NCBI GenBank assembly: GCA_963700285.1
Contig: CAVOXA010000009.1
Location: 256,001-320,000 of the forward strand
Direction: 5' to 3'
Length of the DNA stretch: 64,000 nt
Source: an uncultured Chloroflexia bacterium
GTDB lineage: Bacteria; Chloroflexota; Anaerolineae; JAAYZQ01
Within the stretch, counting starts at the first letter, position 1, and each line of letters opens with the position of its first letter. The translations under genes were made by a program, and so were the position numbers. The notes beneath the pieces were generated by a model. The model was not told the DNA's origin. It did no database searches and was given only the letters and a program-made list of their open reading frames with translations. Below are positions 50,662 through 60,971 of this stretch, piece after piece.

Positions 50662-51741
50662 ATGCTAACACTGGAAAGAACCAAAAAACAGACGGGACCG
50701 CCACCGGTCCCGAAAACAGGATGGCCAGCCCATCTGGTCATCCCCATACCCGACGCACCGGCCATCCCAGGCCTCACCTTCCGCGGCTTCCGCGGCCATG
50801 TCGACTACCCGGCCATGGTTGCCGTGCTGGAAAGTTCCAAAGAGGCTGACGGCCTGGAACGGGTGGACACGGTCGACGACGTGGCCCGTACCTACCGCTA
50901 CCTGATCAACAGCGACCCCTACCAGGACATGCTCTTTGTGGCGCTGAGGGGGCGGGTGATTGGCTACGGCCGGGTGTGGTGGGAGCGGGAAGTGGCTGGT
51001 CAACGGCTGTACGCACACTTTGCCCACCTGCTTCCCGCCTGGCGAGGGCGGGGCATCCGCCGCAGCATGCTGCGCCACAACGAGCGCCGCCTGCGAGAGA
51101 TCGCATCTTCTCAGTCTCCGCGCCGCGGCGCGGAGATTGAGAAGTGTTGTTTCGACGTCTGGGCTGCCGAGACTGAGGCCCACTGGTGCTCGCTGCTGGC
51201 CAGTGAGGGCTATGCCGCCGCGCGCCATCACCTGGACATGGTCCGTCCCCATCTGGAGGAGGTCCCCGATCTGCCGCTGCCTGACGGCCTGGAGGTCCGG
51301 CCGGTGCGACCCGACCAGCTCCTCCAGGTCCGGGACGCCGCGCAAGATGCCTTCTATGACCACTGGGGCCAGACGGCGTCGCAGGCCGAGCGGTTCGTGG
51401 AGTGGCAGGGGGCGCCGACCTTCAGGCCCGACCTGTGGCAGGTGGCCTGGGACGGGGACCAGGTGGCCGGCGTGGTCCTGAACTACGTCGACCGCGCCGA
51501 GAACCGGGCGTACCACCGCCAGCGGGGCTATACCGAAAACATCTGCGTGCGCCGCCCCTGGCGCCGCCGCGGCCTGGCCCGGGCGTTGCTCGCCCGCAGC
51601 CTGCGGCTCCTGAGCGAGCTGGGCCTGCAAGAGGCGGCCCTGGGCGTCGACGCCGAGAACCCCAACAGCGCCGGGACGCTCTACGAGAGCCTGGGTTTCC
51701 GGACGGTCAAGCGCCACACGACCTACCGCAAGCCGCTGTAG
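50662..51741 (+). CDS. Tandem-domain GNAT acetyltransferase
   Basis: 'LLPAWRGRGI' and 'VRRPWRRRGLA'; 'GVDAENPNSAGTLYESLGF'; paralogous to 47710-48687. Confidence 0.92.
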   Translation: MLTLERTKKQTGPPPVPKTGWPAHLVIPIPDAPAIPGLTFRGFRGHVDYPAMVAVLESSKEADGLERVDTVDDVARTYRYLINSDPYQDMLFVALRGRVIGYGRVWWEREVAGQRLYAHFAHLLPAWRGRGIRRSMLRHNERRLREIASSQSPRRGAEIEKCCFDVWAAETEAHWCSLLASEGYAAARHHLDMVRPHLEEVPDLPLPDGLEVRPVRPDQLLQVRDAAQDAFYDHWGQTASQAERFVEWQGAPTFRPDLWQVAWDGDQVAGVVLNYVDRAENRAYHRQRGYTENICVRRPWRRRGLARALLARSLRLLSELGLQEAALGVDAENPNSAGTLYESLGFRTVKRHTTYRKPL

Positions 51742-51948
51742 GCTGAAACCTAGACCCTAAGCCTACATTTCACACCTTTCCAACCGCATAGAGAGTAAAG
51801 TTCGTCTTACCACAAGGTATGATGGCAATGAAAGGGGGTAGCAGCTCAGGGCTGCCACCGTGAGGTGGTCAGTGGTGGACCAGTTGAGGGTGCAGTTTGG
51901 CGTTCTTTGCCTTTCTGGACGCAGCTCCCCCTCCCCAGTGGCCCAGGC

Positions 51949-53331
51949 TCAAGCAGCGCTTTGCTGTTTGTGGGGCGGTGGCAGAGCCCATGCCTGATCA
52001 TGCCCTGCAGAAGGCTGTAGAGCTGTCCAGTGCGGGAACCGGAGTTCCACCAGGACCTGGGCCAAAACCTGCGAGAGCTCTGTCAGCTCCTCATCCAAAG
52101 GGACCAGTCGCAGACAACGGCTGTGGTCCCAACAGACGGTTTCCACGACATCCAAGGTTTGGAGTTTGACGATGATGCGCCGGGTGGTCATCTGCAATCC
52201 ACCCTGGCGTGCCTGCCGTTCCAGCAGACTGTAGGTCAACAAGGCCAGCATGTTGATGAGCAACATGGCCTCGATGCGTTCGTCTTTGTGCAAGTAGATG
52301 GGTGACACGCGCAAGTGGCCCTTGGAGACTTGGATCTGCTTCTCGACCCCATCCTTCTGGTGATAGAGTGCCAGCATCTTCTGCGGGGTCAGTGAGTAGT
52401 CGTTGGTGACCAGCAAGTAGCGGCCATCACGCTCCATTATTTGGTGGAGGGCAGCGCTATCGACCCACCAACGGAGCCCAACCTGTTTCTGCTCATCGAT
52501 GTCTGTCGCTTCAGAAGCCGTTGCAGCCTTTGCATGTTCTCTTCGACTGTAGCCAGGTCGGTCGTCCGTCCCGACCACAGGTCATAGTGCGCGGGGATGT
52601 TGTCGTCAGCGGTCACGTTCAGCCCCATCTTGAACTTGCGTTTATTCATCGGTATGTTGTTGGCGAAGCCAGAGTCTACGTGCTGACTGCGAGCGTAGGT
52701 ACCGTGGACCACGAAAGCCGTCAGGTCATAGAAGACAAGAGACAGGTCGATCTTTGCCTGGACCAGGGCACGATCAACCACCTCTTGCCAGATCTCTTGA
52801 CAGTGAGGACAGATAGCAACCAGTGTCCGGGCCAGCCGGTCATCGTTGAACTTGGTCGCTGGGATGCCCAGCGTGTAGACCAGCACCGTCCGGGCCAGCC
52901 AATCGGCGACCTGATACAGGGGCAGCGGTATCGTCAACCGGTTAAGGACCAAGACCAGGGCTACCACACCATGGTCGACCTTGGCCCTCGTGGGACAGTA
53001 GCGGTTGATGATGTCCCGCACCTGCAACGTGTCCAGCAAGGCGTACAGCACTGGCAATGCACCCAGATGCCGCCGTAACTGACTTCGAGTCACGAGATCC
53101 ACTAGCCAGAGTCAGGGCCCCGGCCAGAGCCAGCCGGGCTAAATGGGCTATCCACTTGGCGCGGCGATGGGCGCGACGCAGAGCACAGTACCGCCGCCAA
53201 GCCCACTTGCGCCATCGATGCTTCGAATGCCAGGGGAAGGCTGACCCATTGCCCTGCTCATGAGCGACCACACCTGCAAGAGTTGGCATCTGAGAGGCTG
53301 ACAAGTCACTCGCATCCGTTGCCTTGGGCAA
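51949..53331 (-). pseudogene. IS1634-family transposase remnant (frameshift plus internal deletion)
   Basis: 'HLGALP', 'NDDRLARTL', 'YDLT', then an abrupt jump near 52500 to 'DGRYLLVTN', 'LYHQKDGVEK', 'PIYLHKDERIEAM'. Confidence 0.8.
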
Positions 53332-53365
53332 CGTCCAGTAGGCCAGGCAAGCAATGGCCCATATC

Positions 53366-54679
53366 AGCCAGACTCAGTAGATCCAAATTATTAGGGCCGA
53401 GGCGCGGCTGGTGCGATGATTTCATGAACGCAACCATAGTGTTGCTCCAATGCACGGGTAACAAACTTGGAAAACCGATTCAATTGGAATCGCTTGGTGT
53501 CTAACAAGCGGCAGCCACGGCGCGGAAGCTGGGTGTAATGCCAACGCAAGTGCAGCCACACGTTCAGCAGAAAGAAGCTCAGTCCGATGAGCACGAATCG
53601 ATAGGCAGCGTTCTTGGATGTGGTCCAGCCCCGTACTTGGTTGGCGCATCTATAACCGGTTTCAATGCCGAACCGTTTGCGGTACAGTCGACGCGCTTGG
53701 CGGGGCGACAGGTCCAGATTGATCGAGATGAAGATCAGCCAATCGGCACGGCGCTTCATCCGCCCTGTACGCTGGGCCGTGGTGAACACCCGGCAGACTA
53801 CCATCTGAGCGGTGAAGGGTTTCTTGTTCTGGCTCTGGAAGGTGTGCGTTGTGCTATAGCTCTTGTTCCCACGACACAAGGCGCGTGTACCGCCCGTCCG
53901 CCCACGGATGGGGCAGGCAATCAGAGCTGGTATCTGACGCTCGGTCAGATATTCCATGCCCGCAATGCTGGCGAACCCTTTGTCCAAAAGCAATCGTTTC
54001 ACACGGATTTCTATCTTTTCAAGCTGACGCAGCAAGATATCCAGCACCGTGACTATGTCATCATCCGGCAAGAAGAAACGAAGAGCCAAGGTTACGCGCA
54101 GTCCTCGCAGGATGACGTAGGCCGTAGCGACACGGTAGAACCGCGTCGTGCCATTCTTGGCTTTGCCCCGAACCCAAAGGCCTTCTTCTTGCGAGGTTTT
54201 ACCGTAGTACGATCGGTCATGCAGGTCAATGGCAATATCGCGAGACTGACGCCAGACGCGCAGTGGGCTTTGGGCTGCCAGGGCAGCATTCAAGCTGCGC
54301 TCCAGATCAGGCAAGCCTTCCACGGTCAGTTGCTCATTCAAGTACTGGCGAATGGTCTCCGGGTGTGGGGTACCAATCAGGTCAGCGCAAACCGACTCGA
54401 TGGTATTCCCCGTGGCACCAACGGCCAACAGCACATTCAACAGATCCTCCGTGGAGCACTTGAAGCCTTTTGCCTCCAGGGCCAAATGCTTCTGAAGGCC
54501 AACACGCGCCTGTTCAAGTACTTGCTGATCAGTCAATTTCAGTGTATCATCCTTCATGGGCTTGCCCTCCTTGGATTGTCGGTGTGGTGCTTACAATCTT
54601 ACAAGGTTTGGGCAAGCCTGACAATTTCCACACAGGCTAGCACGCTATCGATACAGAATTGGATCTACTGAGTCTGGCT
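53366..54679 (-). mobile_element. ISH3/IS4-like insertion sequence with terminal inverted repeats
   Basis: Perfect 21-bp IR AGCCAGACTCAGTAGATCCAA (53366-53386) / TTGGATCTACTGAGTCTGGCT (54659-54679) around the transposase; lower GC. Confidence 0.88.
53391..54557 (-). CDS. DDE transposase (ISH3-family-like), intact 388 aa
   Basis: 'IAIDLHD..YYG', 'LLLDKGF', 'YRKRFGIETGYR'. Confidence 0.92.
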   Translation of the reverse strand: MKDDTLKLTDQQVLEQARVGLQKHLALEAKGFKCSTEDLLNVLLAVGATGNTIESVCADLIGTPHPETIRQYLNEQLTVEGLPDLERSLNAALAAQSPLRVWRQSRDIAIDLHDRSYYGKTSQEEGLWVRGKAKNGTTRFYRVATAYVILRGLRVTLALRFFLPDDDIVTVLDILLRQLEKIEIRVKRLLLDKGFASIAGMEYLTERQIPALIACPIRGRTGGTRALCRGNKSYSTTHTFQSQNKKPFTAQMVVCRVFTTAQRTGRMKRRADWLIFISINLDLSPRQARRLYRKRFGIETGYRCANQVRGWTTSKNAAYRFVLIGLSFFLLNVWLHLRWHYTQLPRRGCRLLDTKRFQLNRFSKFVTRALEQHYGCVHEIIAPAAPRP

Positions 54680-56597
54680 ATTTGCGATAGTTTTGTACTG
54701 TCGAGGATCAGTCTCCTTAACGACTCTGCCTCAATGATCGTCAACCACGTGTGAGGTATGATGTATCCTAGCAGTCCTTTTTCTCGCAAGAGGCGTAATC
54801 CCATCTCGACAAAGAAGCCATAGGAGTCAAACTTGCCGACCATAGAGTGATAGGCAGAGCGCAAGTACTTCTTGTCTGCCGCAGCAAAGAGCGCTCCATA
54901 GGGCGGATTGCCGATGACCGCATCAAATCCCCCAGCCGCCATCGCTTCCGGGAACTCGGCCTCCCAATCGAACGGATTGATCCGCCGCACCTCCTCCTCG
55001 TCCGGCACAAGCTGCCCCTCGAAATAGTCCCAGCCCGATCAGGCGAGTTCCCGCACTTGATGTTGTCGCCCAGGTCGGGCAGCGCCCGCTCGCGCCAGAA
55101 GCTGAGCTGCTGGCCCAGCGTCTCCTCCGTCTCGCCCTCCAGCACCTTCAGCAGCAGGCTCAGCTTGGTCACCTCCACCGCCTGCCGGTCGATGTCCACC
55201 CCGTAGATGTGGTCCAGCAGGATGCGCTTCTTCTCCGCCGTCGTCAGCCGCCAGTCGCCCGCCCGGCCCCTGGTAGACCGGCCGGCTCCTTGCCCGGCGC
55301 GTGCTTCTCCGGGTCGTTGCTCCTCGTACCAGCGCCGGTAGTGGTCCAGCAGGAACTGGTAGGCGCCCAGCAGGAACGAGCCCGACCCGCAGGCCGGGTC
55401 CAGCACCCGCAGCGGCGGCTTGCCCCGCGTCCCCCGCAACTGCCGCGGCGATTTGCCCTCCACCAGCTTGCCCACGGTCTGCTGGACGATATAGTCCACG
55501 ATGTAGGCCGGCGTGTAGTAGACGCCGCCCGCCTTTTTGACCTCCGGCTTCTCCTCGACCACGGCCCGGTGGGCGGGCGTCAGGCGGATCACCTTGCCCA
55601 GGAACTGCTCGTAGACCTGGCCCAGGACCTCGGCCGGCAGCACCGAGAACTCGTAGGGGCACTCGGGGTAGTACAGGCCGGCCAGGATCGGCTTGAGCAC
55701 CCTGTCGTCGATGGTCAGGGTCCGGGTCAGGGTGTCGGCCTGAAAGTCAAAGAGGCCCGAGTTGTACTTTTCGTCGGCCTGGCGGTACAGGTCGCCGCCA
55801 TCCGGGCGTAGATCTGCGGCCCGTTGGTCAGGGCCAGCAGCCGCCCGTACTCCTCGATGCCCCGGTCCTCGGCCATCCGCAGAAAGATGATGCGGTCGAT
55901 GGTGCGCTGCACGGCAAAGTTCAGCTCGTGCGACCGTCAGCGCCGGGTTGCGCAGGGCCAGGTTGCGGGCCAGGGCGTCGCGCCAGCCCTCGATCTCTTT
56001 CAGGAACTCGGCGTCGACCTCGCTGGTGCCGCGCTTGCCGCTTGGTGTCCTCGCACGTAGCGGTCGAAGGAGCCCTGCAGCACCGACTCGCGGGCGAAGA
56101 CGCCGTACACCTCGTCGAAGCGGGCCAGGTACTGGTCGAAGGTCAGGTACAGGATGCGGGCCACGCCCGGCCTTGTCGGCCGGCCTGGGCCGGATGCGGC
56201 AGTCGTAGACGGCAAACTCCTCAAAGTCGGTCAGGATGCTCAGGGGCAGCTTGGCGCTCCAGGCGTAGCGGCGGAGTTGGTAGGCCGGGCCGATGTCGCC
56301 GTGGACCGAGACGGAGGGCTTCTTGGCCTCGACAAAGAACTTGCGGGTGCCGCCGACGCGGAAGCAATAGTCGGGCGCGCGGCGCGCACCGCCGACCGTG
56401 ATGGCGTCCTCGTGGACGACGTCCTTGTACTGCTCGGCGTAGCCCTTGACGTTGCGCACGTCCCAGCCCAGGGCCTCGAAGAAGGGGTCGATGAACTCGA
56501 CGCGGACCTGGGCTTCTTTGTAGTCGGGGCGGGTGTAGACGTCGCGGTTGCGTTGGAATCGGTTGACCAGGTCAGCCACTGCTGGGGGTACGGTCAT
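54680..56597 (-). pseudogene. Type IIG/IIL restriction-modification fusion (Eco57I/TaqI-like N6-MTase), truncated by the IS and frameshifted
   Basis: Nuclease 'PDY..R...KFFVEAKKP', 'QLRRY'; MTase 'GVYYTP', 'LDPACGSGSFL', 'YGVDID', 'FDAVIGNPPY'; the reading frame runs into the IS end about 75 codons after NPPY, so no TRD C-terminus. Confidence 0.88.
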
Positions 56598-56822
56598 CTC
56601 TCATTCCCTACCATTTGTCCCTAGAATCGTGCACAGAAAAACCCGCCGGGTTCAGACGGCCCCATCGGGGGCTGGCGGCAGGCGGGTGGAACTGGCGTTT
56701 GAGAGGTGGGGGCCGTTGCCGCCCCGGCATGAATTGTCTCAGAAAATGCGTTTGCCGCGCGCAGAAATTATACCATAAACAGGACGCTTTGGAAAGCCGG
56801 ACGACCGTCCCGTGCATCCTGC

Positions 56823-56908
56823 ACCTGGAAGAGCCGGTGCTGGGCACTGAGATCGACAGAAGTCTGCCCAGCACCGCCCGTTTACGGCGGTGCCGGAATC
56901 GCACCCAC
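56823..56908 (+). repeat. Dispersed ~86-bp repeat, copy A
   Basis: ACCTGGAAGAGCCGGTGCTGGGCACTGAGATCGACAGAAGTCTGCCCAGCACCGCCCGTTTACGGCGGTGCCGGAATCGCACCCAC; near-identical copy at 62847-62934, partial copy at 60002-60072. Confidence 0.88.
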
Positions 56909-56910
56909 AA

Positions 56911-56941
56911 GGGGAGATTGCTTCGGTTCCCTCGCAATGAC
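56911..56941 (+). repeat. GTCATTGCGAG-type REP half
   Basis: GGGGAGATTGCTTCGGTTCCCTCGCAATGAC; related sequences at 60078-60229. Confidence 0.65.
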
Positions 56942-57112
56942 GGGGCTTGGCGGCGATGGCCCTGCAAATCGAATCGAGAGCGATTTTGATTCAGAACCAG
57001 CATTGGGGACGTGTTCTGAAGGGAACAGAGGGCAGAGATGATGGAAGTCGAGGGCTGGGAGATGCGTCACCGGAGGCGGGTCGTCATTGAGAAGATCAAG
57101 CAGGGGGACGAT

Positions 57113-57250
57113 AGGGCTGCTGCAAGGCCGGAGACGAACCTCCCGCAGGCTTGTCCGCGGCCGAGATACCGGCAGAACCGGGCCGGATTCACCCGTGTGC
57201 GGGTACCTGAAGAGGCCGAACCTGCGGGAGGTTGCCCTGGCAACAGCCCT
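57113..57250. repeat. ~140-bp element with nested inverted repeats (MITE-like)
   Basis: AGGGCTGCTGCAAGG...AACCTCCCGCAGG pairs with CCTGCGGGAGGTT.GCCCTGGCAACAGCCCT. Confidence 0.6.
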
Positions 57251-57582
57251 GGGGGGACGGGGCGATGGGCGGCGGGTTGACCGGGCGGAAGGCCGGAATT
57301 CTGCGGACTTGGCCACAACCTTCTGCCATGGGCAAGCTCGCTTTGCTTGCGCCGCCACTGTGTGCTACACTAGCGGCAGGGATGGCCGGGCACGCTCCGT
57401 CGCGTGCCGCTTTTTGTGCGAGGTAGAGGGTGAGCCGCTCGCCAGGCAAGGGGGGTGTACAGCGCGATGGGCGCCGCCGGGTCCAGCATGCAGGCTGGGG
57501 GCGGCGAGATTGTCGTTTGTGGCTGAGACCTGACAGGTTTCGAAAACCTGTCAGGTCTTTGTATTTGCGGAGGAGGGGGGCA

Positions 57583-60028
57583 ATGAAGAACAAAGGCACT
57601 GGCGACCATTTTGCTGGTGATTGGCGGTCCTGGCCGGCCTGGCGGCCGGCGGGAGCTACGCCCAGGAGGCCGGGCCGGGGACAGCTCCGCTCAGCACAGG
57701 TACTTCGGCTCCGCTCAGCACAGGTTTCACCTACCAGGGGAAACTCAAGAGCGATGGCACCCCCTACAGCGGCGTCTGCGACCTGAGGTTCGGCCTGTGG
57801 GATGCGCCCGGTGGCGGCGCGCAGATCGGCGCGGCGCAGACCACGACCAACGTGGGCCTGGAGGAGGGAACCTTTACCGTGCAGCTCGACTTTGGGGCGG
57901 GCGCCTTCCCGGGCGCCGCCCGCTGGCTGGCCATCGAGGTGCGTTGCCCGGCGGGCAAGGGCGGCTACACGGCGCTGAGCCCGCGGCAGCCGCTGACGGC
58001 GGCGCCCTATGCGTTGTGGGCGGGGGGCGCGGCGTGGGCGGGGCTGACGGGGATGCCGGCCGGCTTTGCCGACGGGGCGGACAATGACACGACCTACAGC
58101 GCCGGGACGGGGCTGGCCCTGAGCGGTACGGCATTCGGCCTGGCCGCGGCCTACCGGCTGCCGTAGGGCTGCGCCAACGGGCAGATCGCCGAGTGGAACG
58201 GTTCCGCCTGGGCCTGTGGCAACGACGATGGGGGCGGCGGGGGCAGCGATTGGACGCTGGCGGGCAACGCCGGGACGAACCCCGGCGCCCAGTTCCTGGG
58301 CACGACCGACAACAAGGCGCTGGAGCTGAAGGTCAACGGCGCCCGGGCGCTGCGACTGGAACCGGGGTCCAGCCCCAATCTGATGGGCGGCTACAGCGGC
58401 AATGCCGTGACGAGCGGTGCAGCCGGCGCAACCATCGGCGGCGGGGGAGGCGGCGGCAATGCCAACCGGGTGACGGACGGCTGGGGGACGGTGGCCGGTG
58501 GGGCCAACAACCGCGCCGGGGACGACAGCGGCACCGTGGAGAGTGCGCGCTTTGCGACCGTCGGCGGTGGGATAGGCAACTATGCCGGCAAGGAGTCGGC
58601 GACGGTCGCCGGGGGGTCTGCCAACCAGGTGATCGGCGCGTACGGCACGGTGGGCGGCGGGGAGCAGAACCACGCCAACGGCGAGCGCTCCACCGTGGCG
58701 GGGGGATCGAGCAACGAGGCCATCGGGCCCTATGCCACCGCCGGCGGCGGGCAGGACAACACGGCCAACGGCAGGTCGGCCACGGTGGGTGGGGGCTGGA
58801 GCAACACCGCCGGCGCCCAATACGCCACGGTGGGCGGGGGCTATGACAACGCCGCCAGCAACGAGTACACCACGGTGGGTGGCGGCAGCACGAACACCGC
58901 CAGCCACCTGGATGCCACCGTGGCCGGGGGAGGCCACAACACCGCCAGCGGCCCCCGGGCCGCCGTGGGCGGGGGGAGAGCAACACCGCCAGCGAACAGG
59001 GTGCTGTCGTGGGCGGCGGCCGGTGGAACAGCGCTGCGGCAGCCTTCGCGACCATCGGTGGCGGCGGTCCCACGGACCCTGCCAGCCCGCAGACGACCAA
59101 CAACCGCGTGACCGACGAGTACGGCACGGTGGGAGGCGGCGGAGGCAACCGGGCCGGAGCCGACGATGGGAATCCACACAACCAGGACTATGCGACGGTG
59201 GGCGGGGGCTACAGCAATTTCGCCTGGGGCGAAGGTGCCACCGTGGGCGGGGGCTGGGATAACGACGCCAGCGCCACCTATGCAGTGGTGGCCGGGGGCC
59301 ACGACAACAGCGCCAACGGGATGAATGCCACCGTGGGCGGGGGCGAACAAAACTATGCCATCGGCGACATCTCCACCGTCGGCGGGGGGCTCAACAACTG
59401 GGCCAAGGGCCATGGCGCCATGGTGCCAGGCGGCACCGGCAACCGGGCCTTGGGGAACTATAGCTTCGCCGCCGGCTATCAAGCCGTGGCGACCAACGGC
59501 GGCTGCTTCGTGTGGGGCGACTATACCGGTGGCGAAATCTCCTGCAACAACAACAATCGCTGGCTAGCACGCGCCAGCGGCGGCGTCTATTTCTACACCA
59601 ACTCCGCCCTCAGCAGCGGCGTGTACGTCAGCGCCGGGGGCAACTCCTGGAACGGCATCAGCGACCGGGCCGTCAAGGAGAACTTGACCCCGGCCGACGG
59701 CCAGGCCCTGCTGGAGACGCTGGCCTCGCTGCCCGTGCAGGAGTACAACCTCAAGAGCCAGAGCCCCGCCATCCGCCACATCGGCCTGGTGGCCCAGGAT
59801 TTTGCGGCTTTTGGCTACGGCGAGAGCGAGACGGCGATCAATATGCAGGATGCCGATGGCGTGGCGCTGGCCGCGATCCAGGGGCTGTACCAATTGTCGC
59901 AAGAGCAGGCGACGCAGCTTGGGGCGCTCCGGGCGGAGAACGACGGGCTGCGGGCAGAGCTCGCCGACCTGGCGGCGCGGCTGGCTGCTCTGGAGGCATC
60001 GCCTGGAAGCGCCGGTGCTGGGCAGTGA
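57583..60028 (+). CDS. Secreted glycine-rich repeat protein with C-terminal peptidase S74 intramolecular chaperone (tail-fibre/adhesin-like); interrupted by indels and an in-frame TAG
   Basis: Signal-peptide-like N-terminus, 'FTYQGKL', about 18 repeats of 'ATVGGG..N.A', 'SDRAVKEN', 'HIGLVAQDF', terminal coiled coil; TAG at 58164-58166. Confidence 0.85.
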
Positions 60029-60072
60029 AATCGATGGAGATCGTACCGGCCTGGAACAGCCGGTGCTGGGCG
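60002..60072 (+). repeat. Dispersed repeat, partial copy B (two core units)
   Basis: CCTGGAAGCGCCGGTGCTGGGCAGTGAAATCGA...CCTGGAACAGCCGGTGCTGGGC; supplies the stop codon of the upstream gene. Confidence 0.75.
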
Positions 60073-60270
60073 GTGTAGCGACGAAGCAGTCTCTACTGAG
60101 CAGTTGGGGATCGCTTCCCTTCGGCGGCCTCAGGGCAAACTGCCGGCCTGTGGCCTCCTCGCGATGACGAGATCTGGTGTCATCTCACTCTGAGTGGCGG
60201 CACCCGCCATGGAAAAACTCGCAATGACAGGATTTGGATGCGATGGCCCTGCTACGGCTGGGGAATCGGG

Positions 60271-60299
60271 TTGACCTTCTCTCTCACCTGCGATACAAT
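60271..60299 (+). promoter_or_regulatory. Sigma70 promoter
   Basis: TTGACC-17 nt-TACAAT. Confidence 0.6.
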
Positions 60300-60559
60300 A
60301 GGGTCGCCAGCATGGCGGAGGCTGCAATCGACTTCCCGGACGCTTGTCAAGCGCTGGAGTCTGACCCAGTTCGCCGGATCCACGGGCTCCCATCCCTTCG
60401 CCGGGGCACGGCTTCCGGGAAATTGGGCAGGCCGTGCATCCCGCACCGCGGGGCCGATTTGCCCGGTACCATGATGGAAGGGTAGAGCAGAAGGGATAGC
60501 ACCGGCAAGGGGTTCGCGGCTCCGCACGAGCAACCACCCATCTCGAAAGGAGCAAGGCC

Positions 60560-60944
60560 ATGGCCAATAAAACGCAGCCGGTCGACGAGTACCTGGCAGG
60601 CCTGCCAGAGGACAAGCGAGCGGCGCTTGAAGAGCTGCGAAAGACGATCCGCGATGTGGTACCCGGGGCCGAGGAGCGCATCAGCTACGGCCTGCCCGCC
60701 TTCCGGTTTGAAGGCAGAATGCTGGTGGGCTATGGCGCGACGGCCAAACATTGCGCCCTCTATCCTCATGAGTTCCACTACGGTCGAGGCCTTCCAGGCC
60801 GATCTGAAAGGCTATTCCACCGGCAAGGGCACGATCCGCTTTCAGGCGGACGCCCCCCTGCCGGCGGATCTCGTTCGGAAGCTGGTCGAGGCGCGGATTG
60901 CGGAGAATCAGGTGCAACGAACTCTACAAGTGCGTTGCACCTGA
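60560..60944 (+). CDS. DUF1801 (YdhG-like) protein, frameshift near 60765
   Basis: 'VDEYLAGLP', 'EERISYGLPAF', 'KHCALYP', then 'KGTIRF..D.PLP..LV.KLV..RI.E'. Confidence 0.88.
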
Positions 60945-60971
60945 ATAATGAGCCCAGATAGGAGAAGCACC

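Noticed and set aside
56651-56660. Neisseria DNA uptake sequence GCCGTCTGAA (minus strand)
   Set aside because: Only one occurrence was noticed, as expected by chance.
56690-56760. c-di-GMP-I riboswitch (GGCAAAC...GCCAGTT on the minus strand)
   Set aside because: The GNRA-capped P2 and the GACGCAAAGC/GTCTAA elements are missing.
57113-57250. 6S RNA
   Set aside because: Too short, no large A/U-rich central bubble, and the stems look REP/MITE-derived.
57189-59177. 662-aa minus-strand ORF and other long antisense ORFs (e.g. 18402-19631, 31627-32901, 61728-62930)
   Set aside because: These are shadow ORFs opposite well-supported genes in GC-rich DNA, with no motifs.
57583-60028. Prophage remnant
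   Set aside because: No other phage genes are present, and the protein has a signal peptide.
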